Source of the DNA: the human T2T-CHM13v2.0 reference genome, Homo sapiens
Assembly: GCF_009914755.1 (NCBI RefSeq)
Contig: NC_060929.1
Strand: one strand, 5' to 3'
DNA length: 64,000 bases
In this document: one piece after another, positions 25,531-39,049 of the stretch
How positions within the stretch are numbered: position 1 is the first letter of the stretch
How the letters are laid out: the number at the start of each line of letters is the position of its first letter
Program-made: the position numbers and the translations under genes
The notes under the pieces: model-generated
What the model was told of the DNA's origin: nothing
Databases searched by the model: none
Seen by the model: only the letters and a program-made list of their open reading frames with translations

Positions 25531-28500
25531 AGTTTCTGTGTATACACAATAGATTCTAGATTAAATTCAAACAGTTATGTCCTTTCATCTCTTAACCTTC
25601 TGACTTTTGGCCACTAATCTTTATTCTTCAGCAAATAGAAAAATCAATTTCTACATCATCTGTATAAAAGTAAGAAAGGAAAAAAAACTCAAATTTTAAA
25701 ATTAAGAGAATTGCTGAAGGAGACAGGAAATAATGAAATATATTTTTATAAAGAAACTAAGCTACGTTCTCACTTTTTTTGTCTACTGTACGTAAAACAC
25801 TGGAAAAATGCAGTACATTAGATGTAAAATGTACAGCATGATGAAAAAAGAACATAAAGTGTGTGATAACTCCAGGTAAACATAAATGCTTTTTGGAAAA
25901 ACATAAAATGCTCAAAGAAATTATATATCTTACATTTTTAAATGGCTCATGTCTCTCATTCGCATAGCATTCTTCAATTTTCCAAGCATGGCCATATATG
26001 CAATCTGAATTCTCAGTGGTAACAGCACAAAGAGGAAGCAAAGGTAGATAAAGAAACTGAGGTTAGAAGAACTGAGCTGTCACGTTGTTAAGGCTGTGGT
26101 CAGGATCTATCTCTGATGATTATCCTTTACACAAACTGAAAACAATTACCATTAGGTTTTATAATACTGTGAATGCGCATTATCTGTTTATGAAAATTGC
26201 ATGAGAATATACACAGAAAAAATCCATTGGAAATGACTGTCATTTGATGAGGACATCATGTCACTGTTACTGCATTCTGTGTCATTTTACTACTTTAAGT
26301 GACAGATAAAATGAATATTTGAAAAGTCATCTCACTTTCTACTTAATCTCAACAACTAACAGGAAGGAGGAGTTGCAAACATTTTCACTGAACATTGTTC
26401 AGAATAACAGAAGTTCTTAAAAACTCAGTCAATATTGTTAAACTTTTGAGGGAAAATCAACTTATAAGTATTAGTTAAACTTTGATGTTAAGTTAGCAGT
26501 ATTTACAGATATTATCTAATAATTATGTATGTGTGTATATATATACACATACATAACCGTAAACACACGCACATACATAGATATATATATGAGGAGAGAG
26601 AAAGAAAAATTATACACACAAAAATAGTGACATCAAGGCCTATCTTCCCCTATTTGCTACATCCTGTTGAAAGGCAGGACATTTTCACTGTCTAGTTCTC
26701 TCCCTAGATGGATGTACCTGGTGATCAATGGGTACATTGTAATTAACACTTTTTGACTGTATTATATTACTTCCAATGGAATGGAGTGCAAAATGGGACT
26801 TTTACCATTCTCTAAGTATTTTAGATAATTTCTCAAAGTCAAAGATGATTAATGATACATGTCTTCACTTCAAAAAATAAATATAGTCACATACTAGAAG
26901 GGCTTCTTAAGAGTTAGCCACATGGTCCAGCGATGAGCAGTCTCAATAGCCTATATGAGATAAGACTAACCATTCAATAAAGGAGGGGACTTTTAAAAGA
27001 TAATTATATATCCCATAACTATTCCGGTGGGGTTTTCCCCTTAATTATAAAAGATAGAAAAGGACCGCATTTTATAAAATTCAAGTCAATTAGGAGGGTT
27101 CTCAAATGGAGCAGTGATAGAGATTCTGATGGTTTACAACAGGTGAAATAAACATCGCACTGTCTAGTTAAATATTGAAAGAACTGAAGAAATATTTAGG
27201 CTCATACAATGTAACATGTAGCTATTGGAATGGACAGTGGGAAAAAGTCTTAGGATAATTCACTTAGAGCCCCCTGAGATTGGGTTATGGATTATAGAGA
27301 ATGGTACTTCACTGATTAGGCTGAAAGCAGAGATTATCTTGAATAGCCCCAAATAGTAAGGAAAAAAGAAAGAAGGTAGCAGCAGTACCAGTTACTTTTT
27401 AAGGCAATGGGACAAGGGTGCATAAGTCTCATGCTTCAATTATATGCAATGGAAGTTAGCTGAGTTTGCATTCTCATAAAAGATATTGCTCAAGAGAGCT
27501 ATCATCTCGATAAGCAGATATCAGCAGACAGAGGAATGTCAACACTATCTCAAAAGTTGAAGGAATGTCACAAGAAGTCAGTTGGAGAAAACATGCCCTG
27601 TGTTAGAAGGTAGTTGGAAGGTCCAGTGGGATCTCCATGAATGATATCTAAAGAAATAACTAATGTGCTCCTTAAATTAGCCAGCATTAGAATAATGTAT
27701 TTGCTTCAGCCAAAAGTTAAATATTAAGAAATCCAAAACAAAATGAATAGCCCTTGTCCTGGTTCTGAAACCTCATCATTCTATTCAGTCCTGAGGAGCT
27801 AAAATCAATAAATTAGGGTTTGGTACTGCAGGCAATATGGAGTGAGTGAGAAAATACATCATGCTGTCACTTTTCTACCACTGTCAATGAGCTACACATC
27901 AGACCTGAGAAGGTTGACTAGGGTTGGTGGTGAAAGGGAGGAAGAAGAAAGGCACTTTGAATTTGACGAGAAATTAAAAATTAGCATTAAATTGGATGGT
28001 GCACTTTAATATATAAAAATAAAACTGCTTTTTATACTGAGGACACTGATCTACTGGGCTGTAGTGTATGCTCAAGATGTCAACCAAGGTTGAGGATAAA
28101 ATCTAAGAGAGCTTGTTTAGAGGCAATGATTTATATGCATAGATAAATAAATAAATAAATAAATTATGTTTTGGGTAGTTCTGCAGAGTCTGACTCATTC
28201 AATAAATTGTTTAAACTCAACCTTAGAATGTCAGAATAGGTATAATATTCACGTTCTAAGTGTTTCATTTTTCACTTTGAGGCTCAGGCTTTGCATCATA
28301 CTTAGCTCCTGTTATCAGTTAGAAATCTAGGACTTCAGCAATTATTCTCCATTATGGTTGATTCTATCATAAGGTTGTTCAGTGACTTTTGTACTCTCAA
28401 GGCCCAGTTATTACTGGTGTAATAGTCATTGGCTTACTTTTTTTTTTTTTAATTCAGTGTCATACAATTTAGTAACACTGCTATGGTCACTAGGGCTTTT

Positions 28501-28543
28501 AAACAAATATTTTGGTTCTCCACATTGCAGTAAAATTTTACCA

Positions 28544-29823
28544 CATAACAGACTTCAAAAAGTTCATAGAAAATGCATATTATAAAAAAGAAGTATAGAC
28601 TTCAAAATATTTTGTGCCAAATTAAGCTCATAATAACTTTTTATAACATGTCTGAAAACTATCTAGTTGAGACACTAAGAAAGCTATCCATTAGAAAAGA
28701 TTCCCTATCTAGGCAACATAGATTCTGCTAAAATTAAAGCAACATCAAACATCAAGTTTATGGTGAAGCTTGGGTAAAAGAAGAGTGAAATCACTGACGC
28801 TTTCCAAAAAGTTTAGAGGGACAGTGCCCCCAAGAAATCAGCAGTTTACAAATAAATAACTCATTTTAAGAAGGGATGAGACAATGCTGAAGACGAGGCA
28901 CACAGCGGCAGATAATCCACATCAACTTATGAGGAAAAACATTTATGTTTTCCATGGTCTAATTGAAGAGGTGCAACAAATAGCAGCAGAAAATGGATAT
29001 ACTAATGGGCTTAGTAAAAAATTAATGTGGAGCACACTTCCTAATCGATGGTTGTTAAAACCATTGCACCCAGATTAGCTTCAGACAAAGTAGAGCTTTC
29101 AATGGAAATTTTAAACAAGTAAAATCAAGATATTGAAACATTTATTGAAGGAATTGTAACAGGAAATAAAGCATGGCTTTACCAGTACAATCCTGAAGAC
29201 ACAGCACAATCAAAGTAGTGGCTACCAAGAGTTGGAAGTGTTCCAATCAACACCAATGCAGACTAGTCAAGAGAAAAGGTCATGCCACCATTTTTTCAGG
29301 ATGCTCAAGGCATGTTGCTTATTGACTTTCTGGAGCTCCAGATAACAGTAAAATGTGCTTATTACAAGAGTGTTTTGGGAAAGTTTGCCCAAGCTTTAGC
29401 AGAAAAACACTTGGTACAGCTACACCAGAAAGTTCTTCCCCACCATGATAATACTCCTGCTCATTCTTTTCATGAAACCAGGGCAATTTTGCAAGAGTTT
29501 TAATGGGAAATTATTGGCATCCATTTTACAGTCCTGATTCAGCTATTTCTGACTTCTTTTTGTTTCCCAATCTTAAAAAATCTGTAAGGGGCACCCATTT
29601 GTTTTCAGTTGATAATGTAAAAAAGGCTGCATTTACATCGTTAAATTTCCAGGACCCTCAGTTCTTTAAGGATGAACTAAATGCCTAGTATCATTGCTTA
29701 CCAAAGTGTCTGGAAACTGATGGAGCTTATGTTAAGAAATAAAGTCTATATTTTTGTATTTATCTTTTTATATTTTTATTTACCTTTTAATTGTTTTTCT
29801 ATGAACTTTTTGAAATCCTCATG
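28544..29823 (+). mobile_element. Hsmar2 mariner DNA transposon, essentially full length (about 1.28 kb)
   Basis: Inverted ends CTTCAAAAAGTTCATAGAAAA / TTTTCTATGAACTTTTTGAA, 3' TA at 29824-29825; transposase remnants SAKIKATSNIKFMVKLG, HHDNTPAH, HPFYSPDSAISDFFLFPNLKKS. Confidence 0.93.
28718..29742 (+). pseudogene. Hsmar2 transposase pseudogene (D,D34D family)
   Basis: Start mutated to ATA (28718), several stops and frameshifts; first catalytic motif reads TGNKAW instead of TGDETW; ends DGAYVKK-stop. Confidence 0.88.
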
Positions 29824-29889
29824 TATGTGTACAAGTGCATGAGTGTGCATGTGTGTTTGTGTGTGTATATGTATAGTGCAGTTGGAGAA

Positions 29890-30420
29890 ACATGATTATT
29901 AAATTAGCATTAAATCAGAATGTGATGTGCATCACAGTCTACTCAGAGATTTCAAAGACAGAAAGAAATTGCTCTCTTTTATGTAGACATACAGAAACAA
30001 GAAATGACAAATATGTTCACAAGATGGGCAATAATTGATCCTCAAGAAAGAAGTCTTTAAAACACCATTTGTCAAAACATAGTTTATCTTGGTCCTGGAT
30101 TCACCTGGAAATTGAGGTGGCCATCTGTTTTTTGCTAATTGACTTTATCCAAGGGAAAACACAACTCTCGCATCTTTATAATGGGAACTAGTTTTGGATC
30201 CAAGAGCCCTAGTGTAGTTAGATTTCTATTCTTCCACAGACACTGGGTGATAGGAGCACTATCTTTTCGATGATTATATGTCAGTGAATTGGTCCCTGGG
30301 CCTTGAGAAAAGCAATTCTGGGTTGTAAAGAAGACATGAGGCTTATTTAGCCTTCAAAAGTATCCACACAAATTTCAAAGATGAAGAAGTTATAATTACA
30401 AGTGTTCTAAAGTAAATGTG
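29890..30420. mobile_element. ERV1-type LTR (MER31/MER67-like)
   Basis: TTCCACAGACACTGGGTGATAGGAGCACTATC..CCCTGGGCCTTGAGAAAAGCAATTCTGGGTTGTAAA..GGCTTATTTAGCCTT. Confidence 0.45.
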
Positions 30421-31000
30421 ATTTTCCTTGAATTTATCCTTCTTCGATTCCATAGTGCTTTTTGAATATGTAAATTGATGTAATTTTGTCAGTAAAATAA
30501 ATTCTTAGCCAATAAATCTTTGGGTATTGTTTCTGCCATGATTACTTTCTCTTCAGTTCTCTATTGTATTTGCCAACCCTTTCATGTATGTGCTTCAGCT
30601 TGAATATTTCCCAATGCTCTATCTTCTATTCTATGAATCTTCTCTTCTTTCTTGTCCAATTTGCTTAATATCATATATTGACCTATTAATTTTAGTTAAA
30701 TGCATTTGTGAGAAATAGAATTTACAGCTCATTCTTTTTATAGCTTGCTGTCCTTTTGAAAACTTACTCTCATCTATACCTATTGATTTAGATATGTTAA
30801 TTAGAGTTATTTATAGTCTATATATGAGAACAGTAATAACTTGGACATTCCTGTGTTTGCTATCTCTTGCTTATATTCTTTTTCTTACCTTTTTTAAAAT
30901 ATTCTGTTGATTTCTGATTCAATATAAGACATTGTCAAAGAAATTGTAAAGGTTTCAGATAATATCATTCTCCACAGAAGAAATTCCTCTTCTTAACACA
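30420..31000 (-). mobile_element. Old L1M fragment
   Basis: GCTTTTTGAATATGTAAATTGATG..CTATCTTCTATTCTATGAATCTTCTCTTC; T-rich antisense L1 character. Confidence 0.45.
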
Positions 31001-31579
31001 ATTACACTAAACCGACTAGTGGCTGGGCTGCATAATTGCATTATTTTTTAACTGCTGATTGTGCTTTACCTCCACTACTGGGGAGTAGATATATGGGAGC
31101 TCTAACTGACAGTATTGAGTATTTAACCACTGTTTTCCAGCCTTGTTAAGTCTTGAAATACAAATTTTGTCTCTTTAATGTTGTCAGACTGTGGACTAGT
31201 CAACAGATGGGTAGAGAGTATAGGCATCATCTTTTCTTAAACTACTTATGATACCAAAAGTGGTCACAATTTTTAGTCCACTCAGGACTTTGATTGTATT
31301 ATACTAACATTTCAAAACATAAAGCTCTTTCTGATACTGTTCTACTTGATCAAAAATCCAATACTTCAAGCAAAATAAGTAATATACTATATTGTTATAG
31401 TGTAACTATACTGGTTAAAAGTACAATTTGTAAATCAGGCAAATAGGGTGTGAATATGAGCTCTATCCCTTAATAGAAAAGTGGCACTTGGCAAGTAATA
31501 ACACCTTATGTAGCTTAGGGATAAAAATAGTAATGATACAATGTTATTTATAAAATTTAATTGTTTTTTGCTTAAAAAT

Positions 31580-31775
31580 ATTTTTGAGTATATACATAAG
31601 ATTTTAAAATCTGTTTTATATCTTGGGAATACAGCAGTGGACAATGTAGTAAAAAAAAATCCTATCCTCAATGAAGTTTGAATTCTAATGTGAAGAAACA
31701 GGCAATAAACACCAGTAGACAATAACTATTGTATGTCAGATAGTTGTAGGTAGTATGGGGAAAAATAAGGTGCAT
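31580..31775 (-). mobile_element. L2 3' fragment
   Basis: TGGGAATACAGCAGTGGACAA..CCTATCCTCAATGAAGTTTGAATTCTAATG..AAACAGGCAATAAAC. Confidence 0.65.
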
Positions 31776-31789
31776 ATCAGTTATGCTGT

Positions 31790-32415
31790 TCCCAGTCAAT
31801 ACCACTATTGCCTAATTGGCTTATGAACAAAGTGACCATGGGGGAAATGATAGTGGTTATGCATGGGATCAGGGCAGAACTGGTTATAGCCACTGTTGAG
31901 CGTCAATATGCGCACAGCAGAAACCAATACTTTGCCCCTAGTAAGGCACAGTTCCCTGGGATTTAACTGGTGTAATAGGCAATATTTTTTCTCACTGGGG
32001 TAGACACTCATTCTGGATATGGATAGAATTCTGGACTGCCTCCCTGTCTGAAATGCTTCTGCCACTACAACTATTTATGGACTCAAAAATGCTGTATTCA
32101 TCCTGTTGGCATTACACACAGCATCACTTTTGACCAAGCAAATAATTTTCTAGTAAATGAATTTTGGCAATAAGCCCAAGTCCATGGAATTCACTAAATA
32201 TACATGTTCACCACTTTCTTGAAGCAGCTGGAGTTTTTAAACAGTGCAATGGCCTTTTGGATTTTTACTTTTAGTTATATCTAGGGTACAAACACTTGCA
32301 AAACTGAGGCAATGTTCTCTAGGCTGTGATACATGCGCTAAATCAGCATTGTATATAAAGTGATATGTCACCCATCACCAAGATTCATGGGTCTGTGAAT
32401 CGAAGGGTGAAAATA
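31790..32415 (+). mobile_element. ERV-L integrase remnant
   Basis: TGGCTTATGAACAAAGTGACCATGG (WAHEQSGHG-like zinc finger), CTCACTGGGGTAGACACTCATTCTGGATATGG (LTGVDTHSGYG), CCATGGAATTCAC, GAAGCAGCTGG..AATGGCCTTTTG. Confidence 0.82.
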
Positions 32416-32901
32416 TTAATTATTATTATATGAATGTTTATATGTTGTTGGTAGTATGCAAAAATTTCTATGCTAAAAAAAATTAACCTGGGATTTGGCT
32501 ATTTGATATTACTGTTCTGGAAACTTCATACCTCTAGAATCTAGAATTCAGCAAATAAGTCTTTCATTCATTTAAAATATTTCATAAAAAACTATTATGT
32601 GCCAGGCTATCAGCTAGACATATCACCATGTTTTACATACTGGTAATAAAGCAACAAATATGATATATTTGTGTATTAAAGGAACATATAGTTTAGTGCA
32701 GGTGAGAGATAAGTAAACATTATAATATTATACAATGCGGGAGAGGCTGTGTTAGGGAATGTGCCATGTGATTTGATAGTGCTTGTGGAAGGACTAATCC
32801 AACTTGGTAAACTCAGAGGAGTATTTCAAAAATTAATATATAAAATAGTGTATTAGATCACATAATGCCAACTTATTTATTTGTAATGAAAATTAGTCAC
32901 C

Positions 32902-33232
32902 GGCCGGGCACAGTGGCTCACGCCTGTAATCCCAGCACTTTGGAAGGCTGAGGCAGGAGGATCACGAGGTCAAGGATTCGAGACCATCCTGACCAACATG
33001 GTGAACCCCCATCTCTACTAAAAATACAAAAAATAGCTGGGTGTGGTGGTGTGCAGCTGTAGTCCCAGATACTTGGGAGACTGAGGCAGGAGAATCGCTT
33101 GAACCTGAGAGGGGGAGACGGAGGTTGTACAGTGAACCGAGACCGTGCCACTGCACTCCAGCCTGGCGATACAGTGGGACTCCGTCTCAGAAAAAAAAAA
33201 AAAAAAAAAAAAAGAAAGAAAAAAAAAGAAAA
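32902..33232 (+). mobile_element. AluS (Sc/Sg-like)
   Basis: Full dimer; long A tail; perfect 14-bp TSD GAAAATTAGTCACC at 32888-32901 and 33233-33246. Confidence 0.93.
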
Positions 33233-33771
33233 GAAAATTAGTCACCAGAAGACTGAATGCCTAGAAGATTTTCCCATTTATTCTCTTTTTGCCCATAGAC
33301 CCAGGGCAAGCCAAAGTTATGTTGAATGAACATCCAATCAGAACAATGGAGTTAGGTAAGTCAAATGAATAAAATAGGGCCAGAGTTGGGTGCATCCCAT
33401 TTTCATTAGCCATGTCTTTGAAAATGGTACCAACCATCTAGAGGCCTGTTGATTACAACCACTGACATCAATCTCTACATTAAGGAAGCTGACAAGGGTT
33501 TAATCTAGTTGGCTAAATGTAATTTTTCTGGATAATGCTCATATGAAAACTTTTGATATTTGCCTTTGAAGTTTTCCATTTTCTATAGTTTTGAGGCAGA
33601 CCAACTCCTGACTTTGATAATGTCAAAGGGTTTTTGAGGTAGTCGAGATATTATTTTATAAGCTTTATTATTGAATAAATATTAAATTAGGAGCCCCAAG
33701 CCAGAGCTATGTAATTAAAACCCATCACCAACTTTGGGCAAGTCTCTAAATTCTTCTTTCAATTTCCTTGT

Positions 33772-34313
33772 TGTTGGGAAAAGGCCCCCCAAAATCTGGC
33801 CATAAACTGGCCCCAAAACTGGCCATAAACAAAATCTCTGCAGCACTGTGACATGTTCATGATGGTCCTAACATCATGGCCATGGTTGTGGGTTTACCGG
33901 AATGAGGGCAAGGAACACCTGGCCCACCCAGGGCAGAAAACCGCTTAAAGGCATTCTTAAATCACAAACAGTAGCATGACAGATCGTGCCTTAAGAACAT
34001 GCTCCTGCTGCAGATAATTAGCCAAACCCATCCCTTTATTTCGGCCCATCCCTTGGTTTCCCAAAAGGGATACTTTTAGTTAATCCCGTTTCCATTAAGG
34101 GATACTTTTAGTTAATCTAATATCTATAGAAACAATGCTAATGACTGGCTTGCTGTTAATAAATACGTGGGTAAATCTCTGTTCGGGGCTCTCAGCTCTG
34201 AAGGCTGTGAGACCCCTGATTTCCCACTTCACACCTCTATATTTCTGTGAGTGTGTCTTTAATTCCTCTAGCACCACTGGGTTAGGGTCTCCCCGAACGA
34301 GCTGGTCTCGGCA
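33772..34313 (+). mobile_element. MER9 solo LTR (HERV-K HML-3)
   Basis: TGTTGGGAAAAGGCCCCCCAAAATCTGGCCATAAACTGGCCCCAAAAC ... GAGCTGGTCTCGGCA; TG..CA termini; AATAAA inside; 5-bp TSD CTTGT at 33767-33771 and 34314-34318. Confidence 0.88.
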
Positions 34314-34629
34314 CTTGTTGAAAAGTAAAAACACAAAACCAGACAATTTCATTTTTCCAAACTTGGCTTTAATCATGCAACTCTATGATTATTGTAAATG
34401 GGTGGTAAAAATCAATAATTCCCTCTACTCATTCCAAGTCTGCTATGAAATCTTAACTGTGAGACCAGATTGAGTTTTCAATTGCTAACTCAAATGCATA
34501 GTGTTTATGCCATATAAAAAATGAATGCAATTTTTTGAATTTAGCACACAATCTTATAGGAATAAAATATATTGAAAGGATAACAAATGAATAAAGAATA
34601 TTACATTAAATATGTAAGAATGGCAGTAG

Positions 34630-35070
<441 letters not shown>

Positions 35071-38000
35071 TGAAGCAAATTTTTGTATTACTTCTAACTT
35101 CCAAATGTTGAGGTTAATATGACACTGGAGTTGACTACAAAGAGCTGATATGTAAAGAATATTAAATGTTTGTTTTTCTTTCCTGAGCAAAGACAACGTT
35201 AAAAAGTTCTTAATTTGCTTTGTGAAAGCTACTGATGATAGGGCCTACATGCCAGGCTGCAGTGATAGTGATAAATGGTGTTGATGCCGTAGGGTGATAC
35301 CTGACTAAATTAGCTGGTAAAGCTAAATTGTGTTCATTTTCAGTTTTTAATGCCGTGTAGAAGTGATGGTTGTTCAGCCACCATTCAATTGACTTTGCTT
35401 ACTTTGTGATTTAATTGCGTAGAAGGTAGTAATAAAAATTTAGAAATGTATTAAAAAAGGGAGAAATGTGCTTTAACTACAGACACTAAGAATAAGATAT
35501 GCTAACAGGAGTCCAGGGAGCTTTAGGAATGTTGAAGCAATTCAGTTTAAAAGCTTCTTCTTTTTTTACACTTTATTATAATTGCTAAGAAAACAACTTT
35601 TTGTCTGGAGAATATAGAAACTCATTCTCACGATGGAGTATTATGAAATTATAAAGCTTGGAAGTGGAAAGTATGCAAAAACATACAGAAACATACTGAT
35701 AATGATCTCATTAGTGTATCTTTCAGACACTCTCCTCCCCCTTCGTAACTTCCTTTTAAGGATGCAGCTAAGTGAATAATTACATTTACTTTATCATTAC
35801 CATTATTATGGTGCAGCATGTGCCTTTTGAAATTTTTTAGAGTAATAATAATTAAGATGAGTAGACTACCTTCTTGGATATGTATTTATTTAGTGTATCA
35901 CATAAATGAATAGGAAAAGAAGAGAAAGAAACTGGAGGGAATAAAAGGATACTATGAAAAAGAAATCTCAGTATATAACTGTAAAACAGAGCAAATTACA
36001 AGCTGTATGTACTTTAAAAATTGTTACACTAAACAGAACGTATGCAATAAGGAAGCATCACTATTTGTGCATTTATGAACATAAATTACAAATGCCACAA
36101 AAAGTTAGAAGAGGTAGGACTCTGAAGACCTATCACTCCCTAAGTAATATTTCAGGATAATGTGCTCTTCTATGAACTCTTATAATTCACGAGACTATTA
36201 GAATGTGATCTCCGATTATCTTAAATCTGAATTTGTGTTATGGGTTGCTGTTCTATGTAAGAGGGATTTTTCTTTTAATTTGTTTGTTTGTTCTGATGTC
36301 CTGGAGGGCAGACTTGCTCACAGAAATAAGCAATGAAAAGTTTACTTTGTTTAATTAATTTGCAGCTTACTGAAGTCACACATTTTAAAACTTAGAAGTA
36401 TTAAACTTATTCTGTGTCATTAGAATTAACAACTTTAGCAATAACTTTTTAGTAAACCTTTGATAAATGTATAGGCTGATTAAAACATTCATATACTTTC
36501 AAATATTTTTGACAATCTTTATATAGTTTATGTGTTTAGTCTCCTTTTTTATATATTTCAGTTATAATCTTTCTCAAGTAATTAATCCAGTAAATATTAT
36601 AAATTAAATATTTAAATATTATGAAACCTAAAGTCTCTTAAATATGTCAGTGTACACTGTAAATTATTAAATTTCTACAAAAAAAGCAAATCTACAATAA
36701 TGCTGTAAGATATTGTCTGTGCACTTTCATTCTTATTTCTCTGAGTAACTTACATGGACTTACCACAGTTTTTTCCCTTCATTTATATAAGGGTGGAGAT
36801 TTGGATTACTTCTATTTTTTGCCAATTATTAATAATACTGCTGTGGATATTCTTGTGCATATATTTTTGTTTGGGCATTAAGTTCCTTTTGTTGTTAAGT
36901 GAAATTAATAGTAACAAAAGAGTATACACCATCATCATTTTAAAATTAAATTTATTGAAGGCATGAAGGTTTCTTTACACAGTATTATCAAGGAGTTGTG
37001 ACTCAAACATTTCTATCTTTGGCTATAGATCTTGTGCATGATGGACAAGGCATTAGCACACTAAGATAGTAATTACATCATTCCAAATAATTTGAGATTG
37101 GAGAATATTAATCAAGGTTGCCTAAAAATCTATGCCACTGCCTGGATTCTTTAGACTATTCTGATTGAATAACTGAATCTATTTTTTTCAATTCTATATC
37201 AATGGCTTCATAACACAAAATAGATGGTTCTGTAGTCCAAAGCCTTATATTAAGTTATGCCCTAGCCAGTTATTTATTAACCAAGTTATCTACATCAATA
37301 ATTCAGTTTTCTATATCGCTTAATTTGATTTTGAAGTTCTTTGGTCCTTCGATAAAGTGATGATTTTCTGTGTCTAATTCTAAGCACATATGCATTTGTA
37401 AAACCCCTGCAGGTCTTTCCTGTAAATCCAATTTCTTAGAATCATATGATGTTTACGAACGATACTATCATATTTGATAAATCTGGATCCTTCTCACAGC
37501 TTCCACTGATTTTTCTGATACAACTTTCTAGGTCAATTTGCACATACTTGCAAAATACGTTTTTCTAAATCTGAAAATTTGACCATCTAGTGATTAAGAA
37601 TAAAAAATATCTTAGTGAAATGTAAAAAGCATTTGATTTTGAAATAAGAATGATAAAGTTTTTGGGAAATATCTTTATGAATAGGTGTATATCACTTATT
37701 ACAAATTATCATCTTTGAGTTTTTATTTCTTAAGTTGAAATACATTTTATAATCTGTTTCCAGTAAAATGTTTGGTCTAAATTCTCAAAGAATATATTTA
37801 GACTACTTTAACAATATTAATTTTAACATATTTATGCAATGTCTTTCTTATAAACATTAACACTAATCAATTGCCATGCTGAAAATTAAAACCTGTAGTT
37901 CTAGGGTCTGTGCTTTCAATTTAATTACTTTGAATTTCTCCATATGAGTATTTTTTAGTTAGCAGTCTATTTCCAAACATCTATAGTACAAGGCATTGTA

Positions 38001-39049
38001 AAGATGAAACGAAATTGTCTACGTAGGTTTTAGCACAGTGGTTAGTGCCTAGTTAGGTGGTTTGTAAAACTTAACCACTTTTATTTACAATGCTATTTCT
38101 GAGGTCTTGAGGTCTTAAAAGACTTGTTATTGTTTAATTGCTAAGTTTTACATTTTGTGTGTGTGTCCAGAACTATAGGTCAAACTTCCTGAAATAGCTC
38201 CTTTGTAATGTGCACATTTCTTCTAGGGAAGCAGGTTTCAAAACACTATTTTTCTCCCATAGGATTGGCTTACTGTTTCTTTTGGAATTCTTGTTGTTCT
38301 CATCAGGACAGGCAAAATAGTGTTAAAAGTAATTCCACATAGAAAAAGAAAGAACCCAAACTAAATAATAAAAAATTTCAATTAAAAAATTTACCTTTGG
38401 ATTATTATATGATATGTAAAATGACTATATGATATAATATGATACTGGAAACTAGTGATAGCTTCATAGATATAATCACCTATTATAGTCAGAGAATGAG
38501 TATAATAAAGCTTTTTAAATTAATAAATACATATGTTTTAGGGCCTAAATGAGGCAATTAGAAAAGATGAACTTTGAATACATCCTTTTACTCCTTGATA
38601 ATTTCAAAAGGAATATTTTAATTTTACTTTAGCTTTACCATTAATATAAACACATCATAACGTGGTTTTTATTTAACAAGTTAAAACTACAAATTAAAAA
38701 ATAATTTCACCAAAAATGTTGTTTTCCAAAAAGCAACAGCAATGAGGAAGTATATGTACAGTTAACTCTTCAAATTTTTACACTAAAATTAAATTGAATA
38801 TAAATAAAATAATTAATAAATTAAAAATATAAAAACACAGCAATAATGACTAACAGTTTTGACCTTAGCCTTTTAATGTAATTTATCTAAAACTGAAGTG
38901 AGAAAAAGTTGCTCTTGTTTTGTAAATAGGTTTCTATTATTTTTAAATTAAACATAATTAATAATGATCAAAATGATACTGCCCAGCAAAGTATGAAAAA
39001 AATGGTAATCATGATTATCTGTTTATATGTGTTGTACATGTTTACAAGC

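Noticed and set aside
26523-26556. Near-palindrome TTATGTATGTGTGTATATATATACACATACATAA
   Set aside because: Ordinary purine-pyrimidine simple repeat, self-complementary by composition.
26850-27960. Purine-rich stretch resembling an ancient LTR
   Set aside because: Could not assign a family or boundaries with confidence.
35228-35312. Box C/D snoRNA-like arrangement (TGATGA ... CTGA, about 70 nt)
   Set aside because: Box C lacks the leading purine, the terminal stem is offset, and I recognise no rRNA/snRNA guide complementarity.
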